A DNA stretch of 64,000 nt from Peribolospora baueri (Eukaryota): assembly GCA_029717555.1 (NCBI GenBank), contig JAMDHS010000017.1, positions 1 through 64,000 of the forward strand. The letters are read 5' to 3'. Position 1 is the first letter of the stretch. Each line of letters begins with the position of its first letter. The position numbers and the translations under genes are program-made. Positions 49,893 to 62,805 of the stretch are shown here, one piece after another. Below the pieces are notes generated by a model, which was not told where the DNA came from, did not search any database, and saw only the letters and a program-made list of their open reading frames with translations.

Positions 49893-51643
49893 TCAAGCCG
49901 CAGGAGCCTCCTCCTCTGCAGTGCCGCATGGCATTGCGTTGCGTTTCGTCCGTCGCGATTTGATCGACGTAACGCACGTGGCCGATTTTCAGGAGGATAA
50001 GCGAGGGCGGGATGGGAGAAAAGAGGGAATGCCGTGCATCAGAGCGGCACACGGACCGGTCCGCCGGGCGAGTGAAAAGAGAAAGGGAAGGAAGAGGACA
50101 AGAAGCGGTTGTGACCACGCGCTCTTTTGAGCGCATTTCTCAAAGAGGCGGAGAGAGAAGAAAAGGTGGAAATAAGAGAGAGACTGCAACTGCAACTGAC
50201 TGTTAAGAATTCCCTTGGACACCAGCTCGTCCGGGTTCGGACGGGCGGAGATTGCGTGGCCGAGACGGTCCTGTTCGATGTTCGAGGGGACGTCAAATTG
50301 TGTGACGACGGAGACGAAACGTGAGGCATGGCCCAGAAAGCTGGTGAACCTCTCGACAAGCTATAGGAGCCAGCCATGGGGTCTCCCGTCGACCCACCTC
50401 CAACTGGGCCTTCTCCAGTTCGGCGCGCTTAGCCTGCAAGCTGGGAGCGACGTTGGGGTCGCCCTTCAGTACGCCCTTCTCAAAAAGCTCCTGACGGCCC
50501 GGGCGTTGTTCGATCTTGTGCGCGAGCTTATCCTGTCAAAAAAAGCCACGAGAGCCCAAGTGTGTAAACCAAATGCCTTGTGCTTGTGCACCTCTCGGCG
50601 AGCCGTCAAATCTGACCTCGGGGTCTCCCGTCGACCCACCTCCAACTGGGCTTTCTCCAGTTCGGCGCGCTTAACCTGCAAACTCGGGGCGACGTTGGGG
50701 TCGCCCTTCAGTACGCCCTTCTCAAACAGCTCCTGACGTCCCGGGCGTTGTTCGATCTTGTGCGCAAGCTTATCCTGGTCAGAGCCGGAAAAGACAAGGA
50801 TGTAGAAGCAAGCGCAGAAGAAGTGAATTTCGGTATGCAGTGTTTGATTCAAGTGGTGGTACGGCCAGTGAGCCAAAAGCCCGGGAGGAGAGGAACGATT
50901 TGGAGCGGCGACAGCACAGGGGTCAAGAGGAAACCCACCTCGAGCTGCGAACGCTCCAATTCGGCTTGCCTAGCCTGCAGCGCGGGAGACACGTTGGAAT
51001 CTGAAACCGGGGCGTACGAGGGTTAGCGGCTCGGTCATGGAATGAACGGAGCGAGGCGCTTGCAGTGATGAGACCGGGAAAAGTGCTACAGCTCACTCTT
51101 AAGAATATTTTTATCCTGTGCAGAAGGAGTGAGGGACGGGTGAATGGAAGTCAAGCTATCCTCAGCCACGTGCCAGATACCGACAGACTCGATGGACTCG
51201 CTGGACGAGCCGATAAATGCTCGGGAAGAAGGGTCGGTGCGGTGCGACTTACCACCAGCTCGGTCTTCTCAGCCCTGTTCTTGAGCAGAGACTCGAGTTT
51301 GCCGCGGTTCTCCTCGAGCGGAGCGGTGGGCGAAGAGGAGCCTACGTGAGAAGGCAAAAGAAAAAGGACGAGGCCGAGACGGGGCGGGTGGAGTAGATTG
51401 GTCAGAAAGGCGGCAAGCGGTCTTAGAGAGAGCGACGGCGACGGCTCGTGCTTTGGGAGCGTTCAGCGGCCGTCCGGAAAGCGCCGTCGATTGCCAGTCT
51501 AGCTTGGCTAGCATGACGAGCCCAAAGCGGAGGGCCGGCTGTAAGGTCCCCACGTCTCCCTGTCGGCGGAACGCGTTCTTCCCCAAGGCGTGGATCTCGT
51601 CCAATGTCACGTCAGGATGCAGGTTCTCAGCTTACTCACTCAT
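49893..51643 (-). CDS. RPEL-repeat protein, 8 predicted exons
   Basis: ATG-A|gtgagt at 51643. Repeats LESLLKNRAEKTELVDKNILK, two copies of LAHKIEQRPGRQELFEKGVLK, and LGHAISARPNPDELVSKGILN. Predicted last exon EEAPAA* with stop at 49893. Confidence 0.85.
50378..50777. repeat. Tandem duplication of a 135-nt exon plus 20 nt of donor-side intron (period 242 bp)
   Basis: Exons 50398-50532 and 50640-50774 differ at 8 of 135 nt. The 20-nt intron segments 50378-50397 and 50620-50639 are identical. Confidence 0.95.
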
Positions 51644-52381
51644 CGTGGAAGAGACGATAGAAGGTCGAAGAGGTCGAGGAGGTGACGGGGGCGGAGTGGA
51701 GAAGACGGTAAAGACAAAGATGGAGAAGGCAAGCTGTAGGGAGAGATGGAATGGCGGTCACGACGGCGCCGTCCTCGATCGCCCCGCACGGCCCCCTCGA
51801 TCCGTCGATCACATGGGCACGTGCGAGCACGTGACGAAGACCCTCTGCAAGGTTCTCTCGGTGAACAAGGAAATGGTGCGGTCAGCTTCTTGACCAACTC
51901 GTGCAATGGAACGGCTGAAGCGAGGCGAGGCAGGCGGTCGACGAACACGGACCGACGGAGCTGCCGTCCGACCTGTGATTGTACTCGGAACTCGGTTGAA
52001 ATAGACCCGCGCTTCCCCTCCGCTCCCTGCGACAACGAACGGCGCGAGGTCGCTGGCCCGGTGCTGCCAGCTTGCGTATCCGGATCGGCCTTTCTATCGC
52101 TCCCGCCTGTTTCATCGACGCGGGCGTGTGCTCTCGCTGCTGACCATCGAGTCGTGCCGCCGCGTCCGTCCTTTATCTAATCTCGTTCTGAGTGAGGCCT
52201 TTCTTTCGTCCGAAAGGCTCCCGATCGTTTTCGCCGCGGATGGCTCCGATCACTTTTCTTTTTTTTTTTTTCCCTTTTTTAACCCACGCCGGCCACTCAC
52301 CGCTCACCGTTGGACGAGGCGTGAGAGAGAAAAGCCGTTGCCGGCCGAGCGACCGGCCGTCGGACACCATCCTCTGCAAAC

Positions 52382-53642
52382 ATGCGCGCCCCGTCCCGCT
52401 CCACAGCCGCGTCCCTCCCGCACCTTTTGACGACCCTTCGCAGACGTCTCCGAGCAGGATTCCCCGCCGAGGAGCGAGAGTCAGCGGATGCGCAGTTTCG
52501 GTGGCTTTTGGAATTTGCGCGCAAGGGCCAGGTCGGTGATGGCGTCGGACGCGGCGTCGGAGTGGGAGCAGCTGCCAAGGGCGAGGACGGGTGGAGGAGA
52601 AGGTTGGTGGGCATGGTGGACGATGTGGCGAGGAGGTGCATGCCTATCGCCTACGTTCTTGGTGCGTCCGTCTGGCGGTTTAAGCGTCGCTCGGCTTGTA
52701 ATGAGGGAGTGGCCACTTTGCTCGCTATTTCCATTCACACGTCCATTCCCTCTTCCCCCGCTCTTCTGGCCATCCGCGTTCGCAGGCACTCAGCCGTTCG
52801 GACCGGTAGAACTGCTGGTCCGGCCGCCGACGCTGATTCCTCGTCCGGAGACGGAATTCTGGGCTGACCGGCTCGCGGGGCTCATCTCACGCTCACGCTG
52901 TCCACAGCTCAGCCGATCGTCGTCGTCGGTGCCGGTGCCGGTGCCGCTGCGCGTGCTCGACCTGTGCACGGGCACAGGCGCCATACCGCTCCTGCTGTGT
53001 TCTGCACTTGCCGAGGGGACGGTGTGCGCGACAGCGGTGGACGTGAGTTCGGAGGCGGTGGCGCTGGCGAGGGAGAACGCGGAGAGGTTGGGCCGCTCGT
53101 CTTTGTCTTTGTCTTCAACGGCGACGACGGCGACGGCAGGGAGTGAGAAGAGAGGCACGTTTTCGCAACCGAGGCGAAACACGGTCGACGTGGTTCAAGC
53201 AGACATCTTCGACCCTGCCTTTTCTTCCCTCGTCAAGAAGCATGCCTTCGGCCCGCCGTGGGCGGCGGAAGAGGAAAGCGCGTACGTTCTGCTGACCGCC
53301 AATCCGCCGTACGTGCGACCGAGGGATTGGATGACACTCGAGCGGTCGGTGAGAGATTGGGAGGACCGGAGGGCGCTAGTCGGGGGAGGGGGGGACGGAT
53401 TGGATTTTTATCGGCGGATAGCCGAGCTGATCTCGGAGGACATTATCGTGGCCTCTTCGACGCCTGCGTCGTCCGCATGCCTACCGTCGGTGGTGGTCGA
53501 AGTGGGCGAAGACCAAACAGGGGCGGTGCAAGCGTTGTTAGAGGGGGGAACGAAGGGGAGGGTGAATCGGACGGAGGTTTGGAGGGACCAGTACGGCGTG
53601 GAGAGGGTCGTTGTTGGTTGGATGGGCGAGAAGGGCGGGTGA
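52382..53642 (+). CDS. MTQ1: HemK/PrmC-family release factor glutamine N5-methyltransferase (Mtq1-like)
   Basis: MPIAYVLG|TQPFG, PTLIPRPETE, VLDLCTGTG, ANPPY, WEDRRALVG, DGLDFYRRI, DQYGVERVV. Confidence 0.9.
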
Positions 53643-54056
53643 GGGATGGCGACGGTGCGAGAACAGATGAACTATGCGGGTCGAACTCGTAACAGGTACA
53701 ATCGCTGTGTATGCTCTATGTACACGCAGCGCTTCCGTGCCTTTTCCCGTATCTGTATCTGTGTCTGTCTGTGCCTGGACATTGGACGGAAACTTGGTGG
53801 AAGGATGGCGATGACGGCGATGATCGAGACGAAGGGATGGTTCGTCTGTCTGTCTGCTATCCTATCTATCGCATATCCATCTCCGTCCCTTCCTGTATAT
53901 GTAGGCTGGCTGGCGGGGATGTTATTATGTGAATGTGATGTGCATGTGGTCCGTCGTCGGTGCGATTTATGACACGGGCTGCAAGGCACGGAACGGAGGG
54001 CAAGCGTGCGTCGGTCAGGAGGACGGCTTATGCTCGCCGTTGTTCGTGCTGGACCC

Positions 54057-54057
<1 letters not shown>

Positions 54058-54116
<59 letters not shown>
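54058..54116. repeat. Perfect (GTT)19 microsatellite
   Basis: Direct reading of the intergenic sequence. Confidence 0.95.
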
Positions 54117-55390
54117 CCGTACTGTACTGTACTATGGGGAAGTGGTTACGTGTCAAGGACCACGTATGGCACGGCGTGGACGGATGGCGTGCGTGCGATG
54201 CACCGCCCCTCGTCCCCGTCTCGTCCCATATGCGGACCGTAGCGTAGACGGTGCGGTAGCCGCGTAAGGTGCATGTTCTGGCGTGGACGACGGTGGTGGG
54301 GAGGATGGATGGGAGACGACGCTGAGCACGAGGACGAGGACGCGCACGTGCTGGTCGCTTTCTTCCCTCTTGCCTCCGATCACTCAGGAACGGCGTCGCG
54401 CCCATCTGGCTGGCTGTTTCGGGTGGTTCAGCCGATCAAGGCGAGCTAGCTAGCTCTGGCGACGCGAGGTCCAAGACAAGACATGCTCGGCGCCGTCGGG
54501 AAGAAAAAAAAGGACAAAGAGGGAGACGGGGACAGCGAGGGCCAGCGAGCAGCAACAAGTGAGCGGTGCCATGGCGAGGGAGGTGCACATATACACACAA
54601 TGTACATAAGAAATACTACATACCACATACATACGACATACGTACGTACGTACAACGTACACACGGGGATCGACTGCGGCGTGCGCTGGGCACTGGCTGG
54701 CTGGGCTGGGGAGTCGCTGTTCGCTTTGGCGAGTATGTGCCGTGTGTATGCGCGTGGGGTCCATGGGCGCCAGACTAAGCCTGGCTTGAGACTAGACGCC
54801 GTGGCGAGTGGCGAGCGAGGGTCGAGGTCGTAATGCGGCTAAGAGTAAGAGCGACGGCCGGGTTGGTTGGTTATTTTTTTGTTAATCCCCCTTTCTTACT
54901 CGCCCAATAGTCGTCATTTTTGCCGCGCCGCCCTCGCCTGGCCGACAGAGAGACAGCCCGACGCCGAAGCGCGCCGTCGCCGTCGCCATCGCCATCGCTA
55001 TCGCCGTCGCCGTCGGCCTGTCTCATTTTTGTCTTCATCTCATCCACACCATCATTCTCGCCGTCGCTCTCGCTCCCGTCTCGTCCTCCCCTCGACTCTC
55101 TCCGACTCTTCTCTCCTCCTCCTTCTTCCTCGCCCTCGCCATCCCCCTTCCTCGCTCCCTTCTCTGCCGCCTGCCCTCCTCTCTCCCCCTTCTCTTCTCG
55201 TCTCCCCGCCCCGCTTGCACTCCCCCTTGCTCCCCTCTTCTCTCTTTCGCACACGCACACCTACAGTGCATACCCTACACAAGCCTCTCGTCTCGGATCG
55301 CCAAGCACCCGCGCACAAGTCGCAGCGGACGGTGGGTGAGACGACGACGACGACGACGACGACGACGAGTGGCCTGCCACCCTTGCGGCC

Positions 55391-58051
55391 ATGAGCACGT
55401 TCACGTCCCCCACCTCCCGCGACTTTCGCGTCCCCATCGACGGCACCGGCGCCAGGGCAAAGTTCACCATCGCCAATGCAAAGTCTAGTCGCAAGCCTGG
55501 CGCCTCCGCCGCCGCCGCCGCAAAGCTCGCCGCCGATCCCAGGGGCTCTCCTCTCTCTCAGCCCCAGGTCGGCATCGGCGGTTGGACGACCTCCCGTTCC
55601 CTCTCCGGCACGCCCTCCAGCTCCTTCGACGGCGGCTCCCGGAGCACGGACTGGGGCCTCGGCATCTCCTGGGACGCCCGCGCTCGCAACGGCGCCCACC
55701 ACGCCGAGGAGAGGAATACCGAGGAGCAGATACGCGAGGACGACGCCGTCGACGGCGGCTACAGGAGCCTCTACCTCCCCAGACCCGACGGCCGCCCTTC
55801 CACCGCCGGCTCCGCTAGGACCGCGCCCGCCTTCGGCGCCAACGTCGCCTCCCCGGCGGCCCCCTACTCCCTTCACAGGGACGCTCAGAGCTCCACTTCC
55901 ATCGACGAGCTCCCCCCCAGGTCGTCCGGCTCCGGCTCGGAGAGGAGCGTCCCGTCCTTAGCGTCCCCGCGCGGATCCACGTTCGCCACCGACGACCTCA
56001 GGAGCCCATCCTTCCACTCGACACGCTCCCCTCGCCTCCAAGGCACCCCTCCGGCCGCCGGCTCGCCCGCGATGGGTGTCCATCGCCCCCTCTACCCCGA
56101 CTCGACGGCGACGTCCTCCACAGCCCAGTACGACCGAGCGAGCACCCACTCGCCCGTGCCTGGCCGCAACACTTTCGTCCCCGCTCCTCCCCCCCTGCCG
56201 CCCTCCGGCACCCCTCCGCCGACCGCTTTCGTGCCCCCGCTCGCTCCTCTTCCTCCTCCCATACGCCCTCGAGACGTCCCCGGGACGTCCGGTCGTGGCG
56301 GCGTCATCCCCGATGGCGCCCCCCGTCAAGAACTCGCCAGATTCAACAGCTATCCCGCCCCTGATCCCTACGCCGACAGACCATCGATGAGCGACGCCGC
56401 CGCCGCCGCCGGCCGTCGCGTCGCCCGGTCCAGGCCGTCCTTGGACAACATCCGCGGTCCTCTCGCCAGCCTCTCCGGGTCGGCCAAGGAGGTGCGCGGG
56501 TCCCTTCGCGGCGCGGGCACCGCCGCCGGTAACAAGCTCAAAGACGCCGGGGCGTCCATCTGGGCTCTCAAGGACCGGAAACGGAACGGGACGTTCAAGA
56601 CGCTCTTCTCCCAGAGAAACCAGTCTCGCCAAACCTTGAACACACAGTCCCCCGGTTCTCCCTACGACTCGCCGCCCATCAAAGCGGGTGCACAGCTTGC
56701 TCCGTCCGGGTCGTCGTTCAGGAGTCAGGACTTCTCCTCCTCCTCCGACCTCGGCGACCTCTCCCACCCCCCATCCCATCCCTTCCCCACCTCTCAAACG
56801 TACACCGGTAGCAGGCCATCCGAGGACAGCATCGGCTACGGCGATCATCGAGGCCAGATGACCTCTCCTCCTCGGTCCTACGCGCCCTCCCGGTCCATGT
56901 CGTCATCGCTCCCGCCGCGCATCGATCTTCCCCTCCCCGATTCCGGCGCTCTGTTCGAGACGGAGGAGGAGAGGGCGGCGAGGCAGAGGGAGGTTCGCCT
57001 CCGGGAGGAGAAGCGGCTCCAGAGGGCCAGTCGGCTGCCCCCCGAGTACATCCTCAACCTCCCCGGCATCGACACCTCCGATTCGTCCGAGGAGGAGGAT
57101 GAGGACGAGGTGAACTACGCTCGCGATGACTCGAGATACGCCGAACGAAGCCTTTTCGGCGGCTATACCTCTCCCCCCGTCCCGACCTCCTCCATGTCCA
57201 TGGACGAGGAGGAGGACGAGCCCGCGCACTCGCTGACGCTCGACGTACCTCTCCACGACGAGCATATGGCCACCCACTCGGACGCCGTCTCCTATTCATC
57301 CCGTCCCGACTACGCCACTTCGTCCTACTCTGCCCTCCCCGACTTGGCGCCCACCATCCAGGTCGAGGTCGAGACTGGCTATCTCTTCCCCGACCTCGGT
57401 CGCTTCGACGACAACAGGCACGACGATAGGCAGGTGCCTCTGGAGGACCAGACGTCGCCAGAGCCTGGCGCGTCGTCGTCAACGTATGGGTGCACGCCGC
57501 CTGGATTGAGACGCTTCGACCAACAGCAGAAGCGGCAACAACACCAGCAGCAGCACCAGCCGTCGAAGCGCTCGCCCCCGCGACCCGTTCAGACCGTGCC
57601 CACCGACGCAACGCCGCACTCCGAGTCGGATGAGGAACAGTGGGCGGCGACAGTGGCGTACATCGCCAGGGGGCCGACGCCCACGTTCCACGACTATGTC
57701 ACGCCTCAGGAGCGAGAACGGGAGCGGGAACAGGAACAGGAAAGGGAACGAGAACGAGAGCGAGAACGGGAACGTGAACGGGAACGAGAACGAGAGCACC
57801 AGCACCGGGAGCAGGCGCAGATGGCGATGCGGCCAAAGGTGACGACGGCGCAGCCTCCGCCTCCACCGCCATCGCTGTTTTCGAGGGTCGAGAAGGACCT
57901 TCCTCCGACCCCTGACGCTTCGCCTGACTCTGAGCAGTCGCTGGAGGAACAGCAGCGGCGACACGTCCGCCCTTCGTTCGACCACCAGCGTCAGCCCTCT
58001 TTGGCCCCCTCCCACCAAGCCCGCCACCGCGACCAACCACAACTGCAACGC

Positions 58052-58085
<34 letters not shown>

Positions 58086-61000
58086 GGTCGCCGGCGCTGG
58101 GCGCGGTCGACAGCTCGCAGCCACCTCCGGGCTCGGTCGCCGGCGGCTCCTTCTCTTCCACCTCCGTCCAGCCTTCCCGTCGTCCGTCCAAGGAGGCCTC
58201 CATCGACACCACCTTCGACACCTCCAACTCCTCCATAGACCACCATCGCGACCAGCCCTCCACTCCGCCCACCACCGGCTCGCCCTCCATCCACGCCGTC
58301 GCCAGCCCTTCTCTCGGCCCCAGACCCTCCATAGACGACAATGCTTACGTCCCCGCTGGCTCGCCTTTGCCCCCCAAGGCGACCGAACTACCCTTCACCG
58401 GTGGCGCCCCTTCCGCCGCGGCCGCCCGCGCAGAAAAGGCGATACCCCGTCTGCCTCCCCTCATCGTCCCTCTTCCCGCGCCAGCGACGACGGCCGCTTC
58501 TCCCGCCGCCGCCGCTCCTTCCTCCACCGCTGACCCCGCTCCTCCCGCCGCCGCCACCAAACCTGCTCCTCCGCCTCCCATCGTGGATCCGGACGTTCCG
58601 GCCGGAATGAAACGTCTGCCGACAGGGGAGATCGTCAATCCCGAGACGTACGTGCCCAAGAACGCCCTCGTGCGTGCGCCGCGCAAGAGGAAGGCGGACG
58701 ACGGAAGGCGTCCCGGAGCCAAGTCTCGCCCGTCCGCCTCTTCCGCGGCGTCGGCGGTGGCGTCTTCCAAGGGGCGCGCCATGGAGCCTTCCAAGGACGG
58801 AGGAAGTGGAGTGGTGGTGGTGGCTCATGCTGAGCGATCACGAGCCGTCGGTAATGGAGAGGACGACGCGGAGAGCTCTTCTTTGGCGGTAAGGAAGGCG
58901 CAAGCGGGCGAGGAAGACGAAGACGAAGAGGGAGAGCAAGGCGAGGAGGAAGTAGAGCCGTTCGAAGCGCTCACCTCGGCCGCGTGGGAAGAAGTGGAAC
59001 AAGCGCTGTCAAGGTTCAAAGAATTCAAAGATCCCCGAACGTCCCCCTCCTCCTCCGCCGCCGCCGCCGCCGGCGCCGCTTCGACGCCGCAGCCGCAGCC
59101 GATGGATAAAGGTTCCCTCCTCCGCTCCGTCCTTTTACCCTTCCTCGCTCTCGAATCCGATCGTACCAAGCCTGAGGTGTCGGACGGTCCGTTTGCGGAT
59201 GGGAAAGTTAGGAGGGCGTTGTTCTTTGAGTGGTGAGTTTGTATCCTTTTTTTCGTACATTCGGGAGAGAGTGGAGGAATGATGGGGTGGTATGGCCGAC
59301 AAAGTCGGTGCTGACGCTAACAAACGTTCGGTCTTCGTCTCCACTTCCTTCCCGTTCGTTCATCCTCATGTCCCAGGATCCGCCATCTTCTTCTCGAGCT
59401 CCAACACGTCCAGACCTCGGCCGACCGAGGCGCCATCCTGGAGAGCATCGCTTGCATCATCGAGAGTCGCACTTTTTCCCCTCCCGTGCTTTCCGAGGAC
59501 ACAGAGGACGAAGAGAGATTCTCGTCCGTCTTCGGACACATCCTCTCCTACGCCATCGGCGAGCTCAACAAGAAGGGCGTCTACCAGAACACGCTCATCT
59601 TCTCCGGAAGGCTTCTCGCCGTCTCCTTCTTCCGCGTTCCCGGCGTCGCCCACAAGCTCCTCAGCGTGCTCGTCGTCCATCGGTTCGCCCTCGAGCGCGT
59701 CGCCGTCGAGGCTGAATGGGAGGACAAGTGAGTGGGAGTGAATTGGCGAGGAGAGCGTGGTAAGAGGGAGGGAAGGAGGAAAGAAGGAGACGGATGCGCT
59801 GACGTATGGGCAATTTCGATTTTTTTGTCGTCCGACAGTCGACCAGACGATTTGGACCTATACCGGTCTTTCTTCCCCGCCCACCTGCAGAGCCTCTGCT
59901 TCACCGACGCGCGCTCCTACCTGACCAACCTCGAGCAGAGCGCGACCCACCCCACGGACCCGGAGAACGACAAGTTCCTCGTCCGGCAGGCCGAAGTGGA
60001 GGTGGAGATGACGGGCAACTGGCTCCGAAGGTGGCAGTCGGACGACTCGGAGCTCTTCTTCTCCTTCTGTCGCTCTTACCATCGTCAGCTCGCCCAGCTC
60101 TTTGCCAGCATCAGGTCTCCCAAGACCGTCGTCAGGCGCTTCTTCGGCGCTCCCGGATACGCTCACTTGGCGACGTGCGTCCATCAGAAGTGTCTTTCGC
60201 TCGTCCATCGTGACATCCTCTCCGTCACGACTCTCTCTTCCCAGAAAAACTTGTGAGCCTTTTTTTTTCTTCCTTCATCCCATCACAACCTTCCACCGCG
60301 TCCCAACTTTCGGCCGCTCCGCCCGAAACTCGACGAGAAGCGTTTAGATGTTTCGCTGACGCCCACGCCCTCCTTTCGTCCCTTTCCTTCTCCGACCGCT
60401 CGCAGCAACCCGGGAGAGACGGCCAACGTGCTCACGGGGAGCACGAGCGGCAAGCCCCGGCACCTTGAAGCGGCCAACAGGCGTTGCACCGCCGTCGTGG
60501 TGGACAGCATCCGCGCCATGTCGGGCAAGGACCGCATCTTCGGTCCCATCCTTGGCGTGCACGTCAAGTCGCTCGTCAAGCGCACCTCCCTCTACGACGT
60601 ACAAGGCGTCTTTTGTCTCCTCGACTGGCTCGACGGCGTCTTCACACAGGCAGAGATCGCAGAGATCCCCACCATCGATACCCTCATCGATATCCCCTTT
60701 CTCATCGAGACCATTTCCCTCCTTCTCGAGAAGGCGGATCACGCGTTGGCCCTCATGCGCGCCATTTCGGTGAGCTTTATGGAGGTTCCCCATGTCGCAA
60801 AACCCCTGTCGAAGCGCGTGTGTGTGTGTTCGTTGGCTTGATCTGACGTTGTTGTGTTTCCTTACCTCGTCCGCCTCTACCGCGTACATGACCCTACAGT
60901 TCTGTTACACCCACTTCGCCTTGCTCACCAGCCGAAAGAAGTATCGCATCCAGTTTTGCGAGGAGACGCTCTTGAAGACCACCATCTTCCAAAAGCTCTT

Positions 61001-62493
61001 CCTCTCCTGGTCTTTCACCATTCGCGCCTACTTCCTTCACTTGCTCGTCTGTGAGTCGTCTCCCAGCGATCGTTCATCTCGGGAGCTTTGGTCCGGATCG
61101 CCGTGACCGCGTGTCCCCGGGAACTTACGCTGATCCATTACTGTTTGCGTCTGTCCGTTCGTTCGACCCTCCAGTCCGCCTCGCCCGCATTGGCGATTTT
61201 CCGAACCCAGATGACGACCCGAAAGGGCGGACTGCCGTGCACATCACCCGGCTCTTCAATCAACGTCTCGATGAGATTCGCAAGAGGCACGACGAGCTCG
61301 AGCCGAACTTGTCGGACAGTGAGAGCGAAGCGGCAGAGTCAGAGGACGAGGAGGACCCTTGCAAGCTCCGGAGGCGCACGGTCACCTCTTTCGTCAGCAC
61401 CATCCGTCACACTCCTGCCCCTCGCAAGTCGATTCAACAGGGTTCCAAGGCGGAGCGCGTTCTCGGTATCGGCATGCCGGACCCCGTCCTCACCGCAAAG
61501 GGCCCGCCAGGCAAGAGCCAGTTCGGCAGGGCGAAGCAGTGGCTGCGCGGACTCGGCGCGAAGACGCCAAAAGCGAACAGGGCACCCAAGCTCGGAAAGC
61601 TTGGCGGCGGCGGCCGCGTCCCTGGCAGGAGTGAGGACGGGTACGATAGCGCGGGGCTGGAATCCCCTTCCTTGACCGACTCGCCCAACACTCCCCTCTA
61701 CGAGAACGATGGGGAGATGCAAGATCTTGAGGAACCGCGCGCCTCGGATGGCGATATCCCCGAGGAGGACGAGGGCACCGCTGGCGACTCTGGTGAAGAG
61801 GACAACAGCTTCTTCGAGTTCAACTTTGAGGCCGCTCGCCCCCCCTCTACCATTTCCGTCCCCGAGTCCGACGCGTCCTTCGATCTACAGTCGCCCACTT
61901 CGCCCGGCCTGCCGGCCGACGGTCACAACCCGCTGGCTGCGCCTTCACCTCGCTCGTCCACCGCATCGCCTCGCGTCTCTCGCGCCTTCTCCAAGCGTTC
62001 TTCCATCCTCCCTCCGCCCGCGCTCGACATCCTCGGCGGAAGTCCCGAACCTCCGGTGCCGGAAATTCCGGCCATGTTCGCCAAGAAGCCGGTGGGATAT
62101 GAGAAGCAGCTCCACGTGTACGCGGTGCAGAGCCTCGTAAGTGTCGTCTCTGTCGTGTGTTCTTCCCAAAGCTAATCAGCTTGGGCCAGGCAGACCGGAC
62201 CGGACTGGACCGGCGGTGGCTGACTCGAGTTCCTTTGCACTCCGCCCTCGCCTTCACATCCTCTTTCAGCGGGAATACGAGTCGACCGTTATCGTGAGTT
62301 TCGGGAGACCGGTTCCTGACGTCCATGCCTACCTTGCCTTTTTCACTCTGCGCGCAAGCTCACGGTTTTTCACGACTTTTTTTTTTACTCTCTTCGCTGG
62401 GAACAGGAACACGACGACTTCTTCTCCAACCCGGAAAACACCACCGTTCCCCGTCTCGCCGTCTCCTGGCCCAACTTGTGGAGCAACGATTGA
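55391..62493 (+). CDS. Large DUF1765-like fungal protein with about 1200 aa low-complexity N-terminus
   Basis: RGAILESIACIIES, LSYAIGELNKKGVYQNTLIFSGRLLAVSFFR, WLRRWQSDDSELFF, LFLSWSFTIRAYF. Last exon VPRLAVSWPNLWSND*. The family name is from memory. Confidence 0.75.
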
Positions 62494-62805
62494 ACGATCG
62501 AGCTTTCTTGCCTTTCCCTCGTCACATCGCACGTTCCTCGCACCACTTTCATCACTCTTTCCCCTCCCTTCCCTTCGTCTTTGTTCGCTACCTATTACCC
62601 CGTCAGCTGGAGTTCCTTTCGTATTCTTTCCGCCGTGTACCTCTTGCTCGCTCTTCCTTTGCAATCTCTCGTTCGGACCGGGTTCTTTTTTTTTTTTTTT
62701 TCGCTCAGGATACACTCCTTGGCGAGAAACGCATTCTCCACACGTTCCAATCTAATGACGACTCGATTTACATCCCGTCGCACGTCCCGTCCATCAGTCC
62801 GTCAG

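Noticed and set aside
51342..51639. Long first intron of the RPEL gene as a snoRNA host
   Set aside because: No convincing C/D or H/ACA box arrangement seen by eye; would need an Infernal search.
53929..54405. ORFs with poly-Val, Leu, Cys or Asn runs
   Set aside because: Translations of (GTT)19.
57713..58083. RE-dipeptide and poly-Q tracts in the DUF1765-like protein
   Set aside because: Ordinary coding microsatellites in a repeat-rich genome.
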